Source: a virus (taxonomy: Duplodnaviria > Caudoviricetes). Taken from it: a stretch of 64,000 bases of DNA. Shown here piece by piece: positions 46,674-55,977 of the stretch (position 1 is the first letter of the stretch; each line of letters opens with the position of its first letter). The stretch spans positions 11,208 to 75,207 of IMG/VR virus record IMGVR_UViG_3300027991_000002; one strand, 5' to 3'. The translations under genes were made by a program, and so were the position numbers. Below the pieces are notes generated by a model. It had not been told where the DNA came from and did not search any database. It saw only the letters and a program-made list of their open reading frames with translations.

Positions 46674-47308
46674 TTGCAGTTGCAGATATTTTGCAAGACG
46701 GATAAAGTGTACTCCGCTTGCTTTGTTAATTTATTTTTTACTTGTTGTTTTAAGCCGTACAGAAGCACAAATGCCTGCATAGCTTTAAATGATTTTCCTT
46801 TGTTTGAACAAGAGCAATCACAGATATTCGGGCATTTACACATCACTTCCAAAGCTGCATCTGCCATCAGTTGTGACACGCAACATTCAAGTGCGCATCC
46901 TACTAATATTAAGCACCAAACTTTATAGGTAAATGGATTTCCTGCATCATCAATCCCTGTCACCGTGTAAATAATCTTCAACACCTGTGTTGGAATACTT
47001 GTGGTGTATCCTATCATCGCAGGTGTTACTGTGAATATCGCTCCTGTAATATTTGGTAAAGTCGGATACACATCAACCACATAGGGTATTGCGGTGTCTT
47101 TTGTGGTGATGGTTAAAGTTGCGGTAACGGAATTTCCTATTGTAACATTAGGTAGCCCCCACCCTGTTAAGTTGGTTGGATTTACGTTTGAGTAAACGCC
47201 ACTAACGTCCGTTACTTTTAACGAAGCGCAATCACCTGTCGCTACTGCGAATTTGAGTTGTAGAGCCATTAGAATGGTACAAAAGGAATTATATCGGATG
47301 GTGCGCAT
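46670..47308 (-). CDS. structural protein (212 aa, Cys-rich C-terminus)
   Basis: ORF track; start uncertain. Confidence 0.6.
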   Translation of the reverse strand: MRTIRYNSFCTILMALQLKFAVATGDCASLKVTDVSGVYSNVNPTNLTGWGLPNVTIGNSVTATLTITTKDTAIPYVVDVYPTLPNITGAIFTVTPAMIGYTTSIPTQVLKIIYTVTGIDDAGNPFTYKVWCLILVGCALECCVSQLMADAALEVMCKCPNICDCSCSNKGKSFKAMQAFVLLYGLKQQVKNKLTKQAEYTLSVLQNICNCK

Positions 47309-48459
47309 ACCGTATTAAACGGAGGCGAACCACATTGCGTATTTACAATCTGAACTATGTAGGTTTGCGCTGTTGACAATCCTGTAAGGTCATAAAAACT
47401 AACTCCGCTTACAGGAACTACTGTCCATGTAGGGCTTCCGAGTAAACGGTATTGAACATTGTTATTTGTTACTCCACCAAAACAGGGCGCAACAAAATTC
47501 CAATTAACACGCACTGATGTTGGCAATACGTTTGTAATTGTTACAATAGGTGCTTCGCACTCAAATGGAAATGGAGGAGGCAAAGTGTCGTGATAAGCAA
47601 TATCCATAGCCCAAAGAATGTTGGTTAAATTAGGAGGTGCTGTTGCGTCAAAGTTTAACGTGAAAAATGTCGCTTGATTTGCTATCAACGCTTTTATGTC
47701 GCTTAATACATCCAGTCCTGCCATCGTCTGTAAGGCATTACAATTTGCAAGTGCTGTCAGTGTAGAATTAAAATAAGTAAAATTCCCTCTTGAAGAGAGA
47801 TACCCTGCTCCCGCACAATTTCCGTTTCCTGTCGTACTTCTAATGGTTGTACCCAATGTAGTTCCATTTACTTTTATCGTTGCAGCGTCACTGCTTATAT
47901 TGCAGATATGCGATGTGTCTAACCCTACCGCAACAGGAACTGTATTGTCAATGGGAATAACAAAGTTTAAAGGATATTGCAAAGTCGTACTTGTCATATT
48001 GTACGCATTGAGAAACATACAGTAATTAACTAAATCCATTGCAGGATTTTCATATTCTACCACAAGAGTAAAAGAGGCAAACCTTGCATTTGTAGTTGAT
48101 ACGGTTTGCGCTGGAACAATAAGCGTATAGTTGTTTATTAAAGGAGATATGTCATTGGTGATGTCTATAACATGAACTGCTGACGTTGAACCGTATCCAT
48201 TTGACCAACTATTAGTGACTTGATTGCTTGCGTCAAATGTATAGTTAAATGCGGATGCGCCATTTAAAGTCACCGTTATTGGAGGGCAAACTAAGAATGG
48301 CGCAGATATTTTACCTGCTCGTAAATATGCTTTTCTAATCGTACACCCTGCGGGAATGGAAATAGAAAACGCCCCTGTAGTTGGCAGTATGTCACACGGA
48401 GGCGTATAGCCGCCTACGGACACACCTCCTTTCCATCTGTCTATAACGTAGAATGCCAT
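47269..48459 (-). CDS. surface or decoration protein with C-terminal FN3 domain (396 aa)
   Basis: CEAP...TSVRVNW...VQYR...YDLTGLSTAQTYIVQI FN3 pattern. Confidence 0.7.
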   Translation of the reverse strand: MAFYVIDRWKGGVSVGGYTPPCDILPTTGAFSISIPAGCTIRKAYLRAGKISAPFLVCPPITVTLNGASAFNYTFDASNQVTNSWSNGYGSTSAVHVIDITNDISPLINNYTLIVPAQTVSTTNARFASFTLVVEYENPAMDLVNYCMFLNAYNMTSTTLQYPLNFVIPIDNTVPVAVGLDTSHICNISSDAATIKVNGTTLGTTIRSTTGNGNCAGAGYLSSRGNFTYFNSTLTALANCNALQTMAGLDVLSDIKALIANQATFFTLNFDATAPPNLTNILWAMDIAYHDTLPPPFPFECEAPIVTITNVLPTSVRVNWNFVAPCFGGVTNNNVQYRLLGSPTWTVVPVSGVSFYDLTGLSTAQTYIVQIVNTQCGSPPFNTVCAPSDIIPFVPF

Positions 48460-49185
48460 TTAATTACCTCCCTCCCTTTCTTCTATATTGCCAGTTTCGC
48501 GCAATTCGACATTGGAATCTCCCGACAAATCTTCACAATCATCAACAGCAGGAATAGGGTGAACTTTGTCGCAACATTTCACATTCTTTGTCATCCACGT
48601 ACTCGTTTCAACCATTTGGTCGTACTGGGTTGTAGTGATGCAGTTATCAGATTCAGTTTGGTATTTCGCTGGAATCTCAGGTGCTATGCCACCACTCATG
48701 GTAACATTCATTTCAATATTACCTAACAGAAACTCTTGTGTGACCGTAACAACTAAGTTTACCGTGTCTCCGTTTTGTGTATAAGGAGCGCAAAATAAAG
48801 CCCCCCATTGGCTTGTCGGAGTGTAACTCCATTGTACTCCGCTTGCTTGTGTTAAAGCATCTACCACTGCGTCCTCTAAATCAGAGAAAGATGTATAAAT
48901 CTCTCCTAAGATTATCGGGTTGCCGTTGTAGGTAAAAGTGATGGCATCGAAATCCGTAGGGAGATTCGGGTCTATCGGAGCGAACAGTAATACCGAATTA
49001 GTATTCCCGCAAGCGTTCTGTCCGGGGTCGCTGATTAGCGTACCAACGGGTATGTAAGCATTAAATGTCGGCTGGGATGCTACAAGCCATGAGAGTTTAC
49101 AAAATAAGTTATCCGCACATTCTCTGCCGTTTTTTAACAGGTATGCGTATTCATACGTTAATACTCCGATTTGGCATCCATTCAT
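48460..49185 (-). CDS. structural protein (241 aa)
   Basis: ORF track; Cys-containing termini. Confidence 0.6.
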   Translation of the reverse strand: MNGCQIGVLTYEYAYLLKNGRECADNLFCKLSWLVASQPTFNAYIPVGTLISDPGQNACGNTNSVLLFAPIDPNLPTDFDAITFTYNGNPIILGEIYTSFSDLEDAVVDALTQASGVQWSYTPTSQWGALFCAPYTQNGDTVNLVVTVTQEFLLGNIEMNVTMSGGIAPEIPAKYQTESDNCITTTQYDQMVETSTWMTKNVKCCDKVHPIPAVDDCEDLSGDSNVELRETGNIEEREGGN

Positions 49186-50084
49186 CCCACTGTTTCAGTT
49201 TCAAGAAATGAGGTTAATTGCTTTCGCCAATCTCCGCTTTTTACGGATTGCAGCCATATTATAAGCGATTCTTCGGGTTGCTCGGATGCGTTGTGAACAA
49301 AGATTTTTTCTCCTGTTTCTTTTTTTCCGTTGCCTAAATCAATCTGAACATACCACGCTCTTTCTACGGGTTGGTAGATAATCTTTCCTTTTTCTTTTGC
49401 TTCGTAAACAAGTGAAGTGACTTTGAATTGGTCAGTTTTCATCTTTGCCAAGAAATTGGTCGGATTGGCTTTTGCCATCGTCATCAACTCATCTCTCAAC
49501 ACAACTTCTTTTTTATTTTCGGTATCGGCAATCTGAAATCCTCTTGCAGTGACTCTTAACTGTTCGATGCCTGTAATGTCTTCGATAGACATAATGGCTC
49601 TTGCTTCTGCGCGTTGACGGTCAACTTTTTCCTGTGATTCTTTTTCTGCATCAAAAACATAGAACAAGTATTCACCTTTGGGTTTTCTTATCTTATTTAA
49701 CTCACTGCCTTTTAAATCAGGATGCTCAAGTAAATAAAATGCCGCGTCAAAATCGGTTATCACAATAGGTCGTGTGTAATAAAACTTTAATTCGTGTCGT
49801 GTGTGAACGGCTTTCTCGCCACCTACGGCTGGTGTGTAGTTAAGAACATACGCTACCTGCCTATTGTCTTTGTCCCAATATCTCCATGACACTCCTTTAG
49901 AAGCTGACGCGCTTAATCTCTTATCTCCTTTTTCGTTTTCCTGCATGAAGAAGTCCGCAGGATTCCTTCGGAGTTCAATATTTATATTTCCTTCTTGCAA
50001 GTTGTGTTTTTCCAAAAATGTTTTTTTCATCTTTAGACCGTCACCTTTGGTGAAGTCTATAATCTGGTCGTTAATTACTATCAT
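49182..50084 (-). CDS. conserved protein downstream of the capsid gene (300 aa)
   Basis: LRDELMTMAKANPTNFL motif; crAss-like position after the MCP. Confidence 0.65.
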   Translation of the reverse strand: MIVINDQIIDFTKGDGLKMKKTFLEKHNLQEGNINIELRRNPADFFMQENEKGDKRLSASASKGVSWRYWDKDNRQVAYVLNYTPAVGGEKAVHTRHELKFYYTRPIVITDFDAAFYLLEHPDLKGSELNKIRKPKGEYLFYVFDAEKESQEKVDRQRAEARAIMSIEDITGIEQLRVTARGFQIADTENKKEVVLRDELMTMAKANPTNFLAKMKTDQFKVTSLVYEAKEKGKIIYQPVERAWYVQIDLGNGKKETGEKIFVHNASEQPEESLIIWLQSVKSGDWRKQLTSFLETETVG

Positions 50085-50167
50085 TGTTTTAGCTATTATT
50101 AAGGATGGAAAGACTTATTACTCCTCACCCTGTTATCTGTAAATCGGTACAGACACCGTATTGTAGA

Positions 50168-50198
50168 AATAAGAGGGGGTATCGCTCCCCCTCTTATT
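50168..50198 (-). terminator. intrinsic terminator after the major capsid gene
   Basis: Perfect 12-bp stem AATAAGAGGGGG/CCCCCTCTTATT with a 7-nt loop. Confidence 0.75.
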
Positions 50199-50208
50199 GG
50201 AATTTTAA

Positions 50209-51588
50209 TTAGACACTGAATAATCCAAACAACTGATTACCTGCGGTGAACTCAAATCCGCCTTCTGCGCGGATATTGTGTTTCGCTATATCATTGTCGG
50301 TCACGTACTGCGAGGAATTTCCTCCGCTACCTGACGTATCCCATATTTCCATCATACGGTTGTTGCCCGCATAATTTCTGTAACGGTAACGGATGGTAGG
50401 CAGGTATCCTTCCTGTGACTGTGATGAACCCATCGGCATAAAGAGCATGGTGAAACGGTCTTTAAAGCCCGGTGCGCCTCCTTGTTTTGGATTCCAGAAC
50501 AATGGCTGTTGTTGGAAATAATAATTGCGTTCGTTGAACACAATCGCGTTGAATCCGAGATTAGCCACAAGTTTTGAGTTACCTGCGAAATACTGTTCTT
50601 TCAAATGCTCTGTCGCATATTGAACGTTGGTATTTTTGAGGTAGTTTTGAAGCACTTGGTCTTTTTCGTTGGATGCTTTGTCGCCAATCCAAACCATGAT
50701 GTCATTGCCCGTGAACTCTTGGATGATGGTTTCATCAACTCCATAGAAATCAAGGATTGACATCAGACCCGGTGTGTAGGTGTCTGTGTGTCCTTTTCTT
50801 TTAATGTAGTTAATGTAACCTTCTCCTGTGATGTACGGAGCAGGGTTGCCGTTGGCTGTGGTGTCGGGGTCAGTGATTGACACGGTGTTGCTCTGTCCAT
50901 ATAATCCTGATGCTGATTGAGCAAGTGCCATTCGGATACTTGCTTCCCATACACCGAGAATATAAGGGGTCATTGCATTTTGTCCAAGCGAAGTAGTTGT
51001 CCACCAAAGGGCTTCTGAACCACCTGCTTGTTGTACGGCTTCTGACCAAATCTGAGTTTTGAAGTTGTCTTTGTCGTACAAACGGAAAACTCCGGGAGGG
51101 GTCTTACCACCCGAGCCTGAGATGTGACCGATAATCGTTATGGTCTCACCTGCTACAAGGGCTGGTAAGTTAGTCGCTGTCAGCGAACGGACTGTCACCG
51201 TTGACAGAGGACTTGAAAGTGCTGTTACAACACCTGTTACGTCTGCTGAAAGAGGGGTTGCGTTAGGATACCTGACAACATCACCTATTCTTACATAAGA
51301 CGAACCTGATACTATATCGGCTGCCTGCAAGGTGATAACCTGCGTTGCGCCTGCGGCTACAACACCGTTTGAGTGAAATGTTTCATAAATAAACCCTGCC
51401 GTGAACGTTGAAAATATCGGTTGGGTAGTTGGGGCTTTGGCGTTCATCGCTAAAAGCGTGTCGAACATCTTGCCTCCTTGGTCTCCGCGGGCTTCGATAA
51501 GCTGTGCGAGGATTTCGGGTTTTAAGGAATCGGGGATGAGTAAGGCGTTGACCGCATCACTACTCATCGCTACTATTGTATCTGCCAT
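50209..51588 (-). CDS. major capsid protein (459 aa)
   Basis: Size; position after portal and scaffold; strong terminator behind it; HK97-like composition. Confidence 0.75.
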   Translation of the reverse strand: MADTIVAMSSDAVNALLIPDSLKPEILAQLIEARGDQGGKMFDTLLAMNAKAPTTQPIFSTFTAGFIYETFHSNGVVAAGATQVITLQAADIVSGSSYVRIGDVVRYPNATPLSADVTGVVTALSSPLSTVTVRSLTATNLPALVAGETITIIGHISGSGGKTPPGVFRLYDKDNFKTQIWSEAVQQAGGSEALWWTTTSLGQNAMTPYILGVWEASIRMALAQSASGLYGQSNTVSITDPDTTANGNPAPYITGEGYINYIKRKGHTDTYTPGLMSILDFYGVDETIIQEFTGNDIMVWIGDKASNEKDQVLQNYLKNTNVQYATEHLKEQYFAGNSKLVANLGFNAIVFNERNYYFQQQPLFWNPKQGGAPGFKDRFTMLFMPMGSSQSQEGYLPTIRYRYRNYAGNNRMMEIWDTSGSGGNSSQYVTDNDIAKHNIRAEGGFEFTAGNQLFGLFSV

Positions 51589-51610
51589 TTGAGTTTAGTT
51601 TAAAGTTAAA

Positions 51611-52741
51611 TTAACGACCATTTCTTATTGCTTTCACGGTGTTAAAGAACTGCGTGGTCACTGCGTCAGGTTCTTTACCCTTGTTTTCGGTTTTTTCTCC
51701 TGCTTTATTAGGAGAATGAATTGCTGTCTTAACCCTTTCTCTCTCTGCTGCTATGGCTGTATTTACCATGCGGGTTGCTATCGCTTCAAAGTTTTCTCCC
51801 AAAATTTTTGTCCTTACTTCACTCGGTATGGTATCCATTGCATTTTTTTCATTGTAAGGGATGCCTTGCGATGTGAAGTATTCCACCGTTCCGTCAATAA
51901 ATTGATTCACCTTTTGGGTTGCTTCACCCTCAACAGCGAACTTGACGTTTAATTCAGTCACGCTTTTGTCGGGGTTTTCAACTTTAAAAGGAATAGTGAT
52001 GTCTTTAGGAACAAACTTGGATGCGTGAGGTTTCCATGTCTCGCGGATTTCGTTTTGTACCTTTTGAACATCGGGAACTTGAGGTACTTCTTGGGATTTT
52101 ACTTTAAGAGTTGATAGAAACTCTTTGGCTTTTTTGCCATTGGCTTTCAGTTCACCTTGCGCTAAATAGATATTCTCTAATTCTTCTTCAAGGCGCGATT
52201 TTTCATCGGGGTCAACAGATTCATTTATCTTACCTTGCAAAGCGTTGATGTCTTTTCCTGTTTTGTAGAGAATTTTAACCTTGCGGTCAGCGTCTTGAGA
52301 TGTCAGACCATCTTGGAATTGCCACATGAGTTTTACCGCGTCAGCTTCCGTAAGTGATTGCGGGTCTATTCCTCTCATTTGCAAAAACAGGTCAACATTT
52401 CCTTTTGACTGCTTCATCTCGTTGAACTTGATGACTTCTTCGTCTGCGGGCTTGATATAACCGTTGTAATCAGAAAGTTTCTTTTTGGCTTCCTCTAATT
52501 CAACTTGATACTTGTCTCTTTCAGAGAGGAAGATTTTAATGTCTTCAGGCGTAGCGATACGCTCGTCTATGGTCTTGAAATCAAAAACAGGGGTTTCAAC
52601 TTTTGGTTGCTCCGCAGGAGTTTCAACTATCGGTGTTTTCACTTCAGGTTGTTCTAATGGAGTTTCAATTTTCGGCTGTTCCGATTTTACTTCGGGTTTG
52701 GCTTCTAATGCTTCTGTGATAAAAGTTGGAATACCTTGCAT
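51611..52741 (-). CDS. putative scaffolding protein (376 aa)
   Basis: Acidic EQP(K/E)VETP-type N-terminal repeats; helical; immediately upstream of the MCP. Confidence 0.6.
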   Translation of the reverse strand: MQGIPTFITEALEAKPEVKSEQPKIETPLEQPEVKTPIVETPAEQPKVETPVFDFKTIDERIATPEDIKIFLSERDKYQVELEEAKKKLSDYNGYIKPADEEVIKFNEMKQSKGNVDLFLQMRGIDPQSLTEADAVKLMWQFQDGLTSQDADRKVKILYKTGKDINALQGKINESVDPDEKSRLEEELENIYLAQGELKANGKKAKEFLSTLKVKSQEVPQVPDVQKVQNEIRETWKPHASKFVPKDITIPFKVENPDKSVTELNVKFAVEGEATQKVNQFIDGTVEYFTSQGIPYNEKNAMDTIPSEVRTKILGENFEAIATRMVNTAIAAERERVKTAIHSPNKAGEKTENKGKEPDAVTTQFFNTVKAIRNGR

Positions 52742-52836
52742 AGATTTTTATTTAGGTTACAAAATTGTTCACAAGTTATACGGAATCAAAATAGCATACT
52801 ATTATTTTTGAATTATTTTCGCACAAACAAAATGCA

Positions 52837-53055
52837 ATGTCATTCAGTAAACTGAAAGAGGAAAGAAAGAAAAAACAAATGAGCCAATTTGAGTTGGCGG
52901 ATATTGTCAGTACCACTCAAGGTACAATACACCAATTAGAAACAGGACAAATAAAAGAACCGAATGTTTACCTTGTTCTGAAAATTGCAATGGTGTTTAA
53001 AAGAGATGCAACTTATTTTTTGGATGCAGATAAATTAAAAATTGAATTGATATGA
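52837..53055 (+). CDS. XRE-family HTH regulator (72 aa)
   Basis: LKEERKKKQMSQFELADIVSTTQGTIHQLETG. Confidence 0.85.
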   Translation: MSFSKLKEERKKKQMSQFELADIVSTTQGTIHQLETGQIKEPNVYLVLKIAMVFKRDATYFLDADKLKIELI

Positions 53056-53366
53056 AAATATATCCTGAAATAGAAATCCGTCCTTATGATAAAGGAGGGC
53101 TTATTGTCTCTACCTTAGTACGAGTATTCCGCGATGGAGAATATTACCTTATCCCAGTTCTTGAAACAGGATGGGTAGAGGGAAGTAAATTGTCGCATGA
53201 ACTTATGAACAGATTTTTAATGAACGTTGTTTTCACTCAACACTTTTGGCAAAAAGGTGAACTGAGTGGTGGAGAAAAAAAAGATGAAAGTCAGATTGAC
53301 GAAAAAGAAAGAATACAAAATTTATCTCCGCGATTTACGCCGCAATCCTCTTCGGCTTCATCTTAG
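53052..53366 (+). CDS. hypothetical protein (104 aa)
   Basis: ATGA-coupled to the XRE gene; 3' end overlaps the portal 3' end. Confidence 0.55.
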   Translation: MKIYPEIEIRPYDKGGLIVSTLVRVFRDGEYYLIPVLETGWVEGSKLSHELMNRFLMNVVFTQHFWQKGELSGGEKKDESQIDEKERIQNLSPRFTPQSSSASS

Positions 53367-55728
53367 CAAGTGTCGTTTCGTGTTGGCGTTCCTTTTCTGT
53401 CTCGGAAATCTCATGCTGATGTTCCTTATTTTGTTCCGCTAATTTTGTACTTGATATTTGCTCTTGGTTAATAATCTTTGTATGTGCTTTCAATTCCTCC
53501 GCTTGTAACATTCCTGCGGTCTGATTGTCTTTACCTTGTTTTACTATCGTGTGTTGCAGTCCTAATTCTTCCATCTTATACTGATGAAGTTTTGCATCAC
53601 GCGCATCATTTATTTCCGCTTCGGCTTGTAGTAATGCTAACTGCCGTTGTGTTTCCATGTCGGCTTTTTCTTTGTCGGCTGCCGCGACTTGTTGTTGCAG
53701 TTGAATGTTCTGTTGTCCCTGCGCCTGAATGTTTTGTTGCTGATTGTCCTGTGCGCGTTTTATATTTTCTTCTACATAATAAGAGAGTAAAAGTTCTGCC
53801 ATCTTGAGTGAGTAGTAATTTCCTTTCTGCACGTAATTGTAAACCTCGAAATAATTAGCATAACTTATTCCCCCTTGCTCAAGCGGAACACTTAATGCCT
53901 TTACTGCCGCATCCATGATTAACTTTTTCTCCTCATCGGTAACAACAGGAACAACCTGTATCTGACACTCCGCATCTTCATACGATGAATCTATCGCGTT
54001 AAAAAGCGCATCACCTAAAATGTTTCTGTAATATTCAAATCCGTCTTTTCGTGCTTGGATTCTTCTGATTACATTCTTGGCGAAATCTACTTTGAGATAT
54101 AACGCTCCCGCGTACATGGGTTGTAATGCCCTATTAGTTGCCGCTTGCATACTCTCGCCTATTCCAACAGGAAGTTTGGGGTTGGGAGTTGAGGCATCGG
54201 TAACTTCGTTTAATCCTATCGCTCCTCTGATAACGTTTTCACATCGTTGAATAACAAAAATTAATTCGTTCAGATAATTTCCTATTCCCCCTTCGAGTTC
54301 TGCGACAGGTCGTGAGGCGTTCGGATTTATGACTTGCGAGTGATGAGTTGTGGAACGATAGTAAAGTCGCCCTGTGTCATCCATTATCTTCATCACCTCC
54401 ATCGGTTTTAATTCTTTGTCGCCTCCGATGTTTAAGTTTTGAATTGTCGGAATATCTACAATAACTTTTTTTCCTGACTTGGTTGCCGATTCGTTTCTGA
54501 TTTTTCTCACCGCAAGTTGTATCTCGTCAATACTTGAAATACAGGTTTCGGTAATTGACCTGTCGGCTACCTTATAAACATGATACGTTCCGCAAGCGTA
54601 ATCTTTATACTTTCCTTTCTGCGTAGTTTCTCTCGGCATATCATTTACGTTTCCTTCTTCCCAAATCATTTCAGTGCCGATAATCCACTTACATTTTTTC
54701 TTGACGTTCAACATTGAACCTTCCCACTCATCATTGGAATCAAATTCCGCATCCATATACCATACTATGAATTGGTCGTAAGGATAAAAACCATATTGAT
54801 TATAATAATTATTAAACATATTCATACCGAAAGTAAACAAAGCGTTACCCGCTACTGCTGAATACCTGTTAGCGATTTTGCTAATGTCTTCTTCGGTGTA
54901 TCCGGCTTCAATTAGTTGTGGTCTTAAAACAGAAAGTTTTTCTGCTTTTACTTCTGCGTTGAAAGGTGATAGTTCAAAAGTCCTGCGGTGTGTGGCAAGA
55001 GTTATGTAATTAATCATATCCACATATCTCGCGCAAATCTTTCCGTCTTCTACATAATCTTTATGTCCCGCAAATCCGCAGTTTAAAAAGTCAAGATAGA
55101 TTTCGGTTTCGATGTCGTCCCAATTTGAAATGTAAAGCGAATCTTCGATACATTTATTGAAAGCGATTTCTTTGAGTAAAGTGTTTGGAGCAGAGTACAG
55201 CATTTCCAACTGTTGCATATTTCTCGGCTTTACAGGCATATCTTCGGCTTGCATCTGAATCCCCATGCCTTCGAGTTGTATCTTAGCCCATGTCTGCCAT
55301 TTTTTTTCTTCGCGTTCTGCCGATGAAGAAGCATCGTTAGCATAAACAGCCATATCGTGCTTGGCTTCTTTCATCATTGAAAGATAGATACGAACGAACT
55401 TTTGATAAACCGCTTCGTTGTCGTTGGAGATATTTCCGAAGAATTTTCTTTCGCCTGTTTTTCTGTCCTTTACTGAAAGCCGTTCTAAATATTTAGTGGT
55501 CGGTTGCGCATCCTGTCCATACAGTCTGTTTAACCACAAATCATTTCTTCGTGAATAAGGAATTACAGTTGTTCCTTTTATCCAAGCGTTATATCCGTAT
55601 TCACAAATTGTCCTGAACCACTTCTTGTCTTTTTTTGCAGGGTCGGTTTCTTTAAATGGCAAACCTGAATACTTTGAACTGTCTTTCAGTTCATAAACTT
55701 TTGCGTTATAAAAACTTGGAGCTTCCAT
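53335..55728 (-). CDS. portal protein (797 aa)
   Basis: Size; position after the terminase; Gln-rich coiled-coil barrel at the C-terminus. Confidence 0.75.
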   Translation of the reverse strand: MEAPSFYNAKVYELKDSSKYSGLPFKETDPAKKDKKWFRTICEYGYNAWIKGTTVIPYSRRNDLWLNRLYGQDAQPTTKYLERLSVKDRKTGERKFFGNISNDNEAVYQKFVRIYLSMMKEAKHDMAVYANDASSSAEREEKKWQTWAKIQLEGMGIQMQAEDMPVKPRNMQQLEMLYSAPNTLLKEIAFNKCIEDSLYISNWDDIETEIYLDFLNCGFAGHKDYVEDGKICARYVDMINYITLATHRRTFELSPFNAEVKAEKLSVLRPQLIEAGYTEEDISKIANRYSAVAGNALFTFGMNMFNNYYNQYGFYPYDQFIVWYMDAEFDSNDEWEGSMLNVKKKCKWIIGTEMIWEEGNVNDMPRETTQKGKYKDYACGTYHVYKVADRSITETCISSIDEIQLAVRKIRNESATKSGKKVIVDIPTIQNLNIGGDKELKPMEVMKIMDDTGRLYYRSTTHHSQVINPNASRPVAELEGGIGNYLNELIFVIQRCENVIRGAIGLNEVTDASTPNPKLPVGIGESMQAATNRALQPMYAGALYLKVDFAKNVIRRIQARKDGFEYYRNILGDALFNAIDSSYEDAECQIQVVPVVTDEEKKLIMDAAVKALSVPLEQGGISYANYFEVYNYVQKGNYYSLKMAELLLSYYVEENIKRAQDNQQQNIQAQGQQNIQLQQQVAAADKEKADMETQRQLALLQAEAEINDARDAKLHQYKMEELGLQHTIVKQGKDNQTAGMLQAEELKAHTKIINQEQISSTKLAEQNKEHQHEISETEKERQHETTLAKMKPKRIAA

Positions 55729-55737
55729 TTTGCAATA

Positions 55738-55977
55738 TTAAGGTATTATTTGTCCGATTTGGTCATCACCCAAATCAATCTTTTCAACACCATCGGGAAT
55801 TAACATGGTCTGATAGAACATCTGCTGATTAACTTTCCTCTTTTTTGTTCCTTCCATCAGAACTTTCTCTGTGCCGATTTTTGCGCCTTCGATTATGGTT
55901 GCGCCTGCAAGTAAGTATTCGTTTACCTTTCGGGCTAACTTTATTTCGGATGCGCTTTTGAAAATTTCGTATTTCAT
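55738..55977 (-). CDS. DUF1737-like small protein (79 aa)
   Basis: YEIF...LARKVNEYL..G....G...FYQTML. Confidence 0.6.
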   Translation of the reverse strand: MKYEIFKSASEIKLARKVNEYLLAGATIIEGAKIGTEKVLMEGTKKRKVNQQMFYQTMLIPDGVEKIDLGDDQIGQIIP

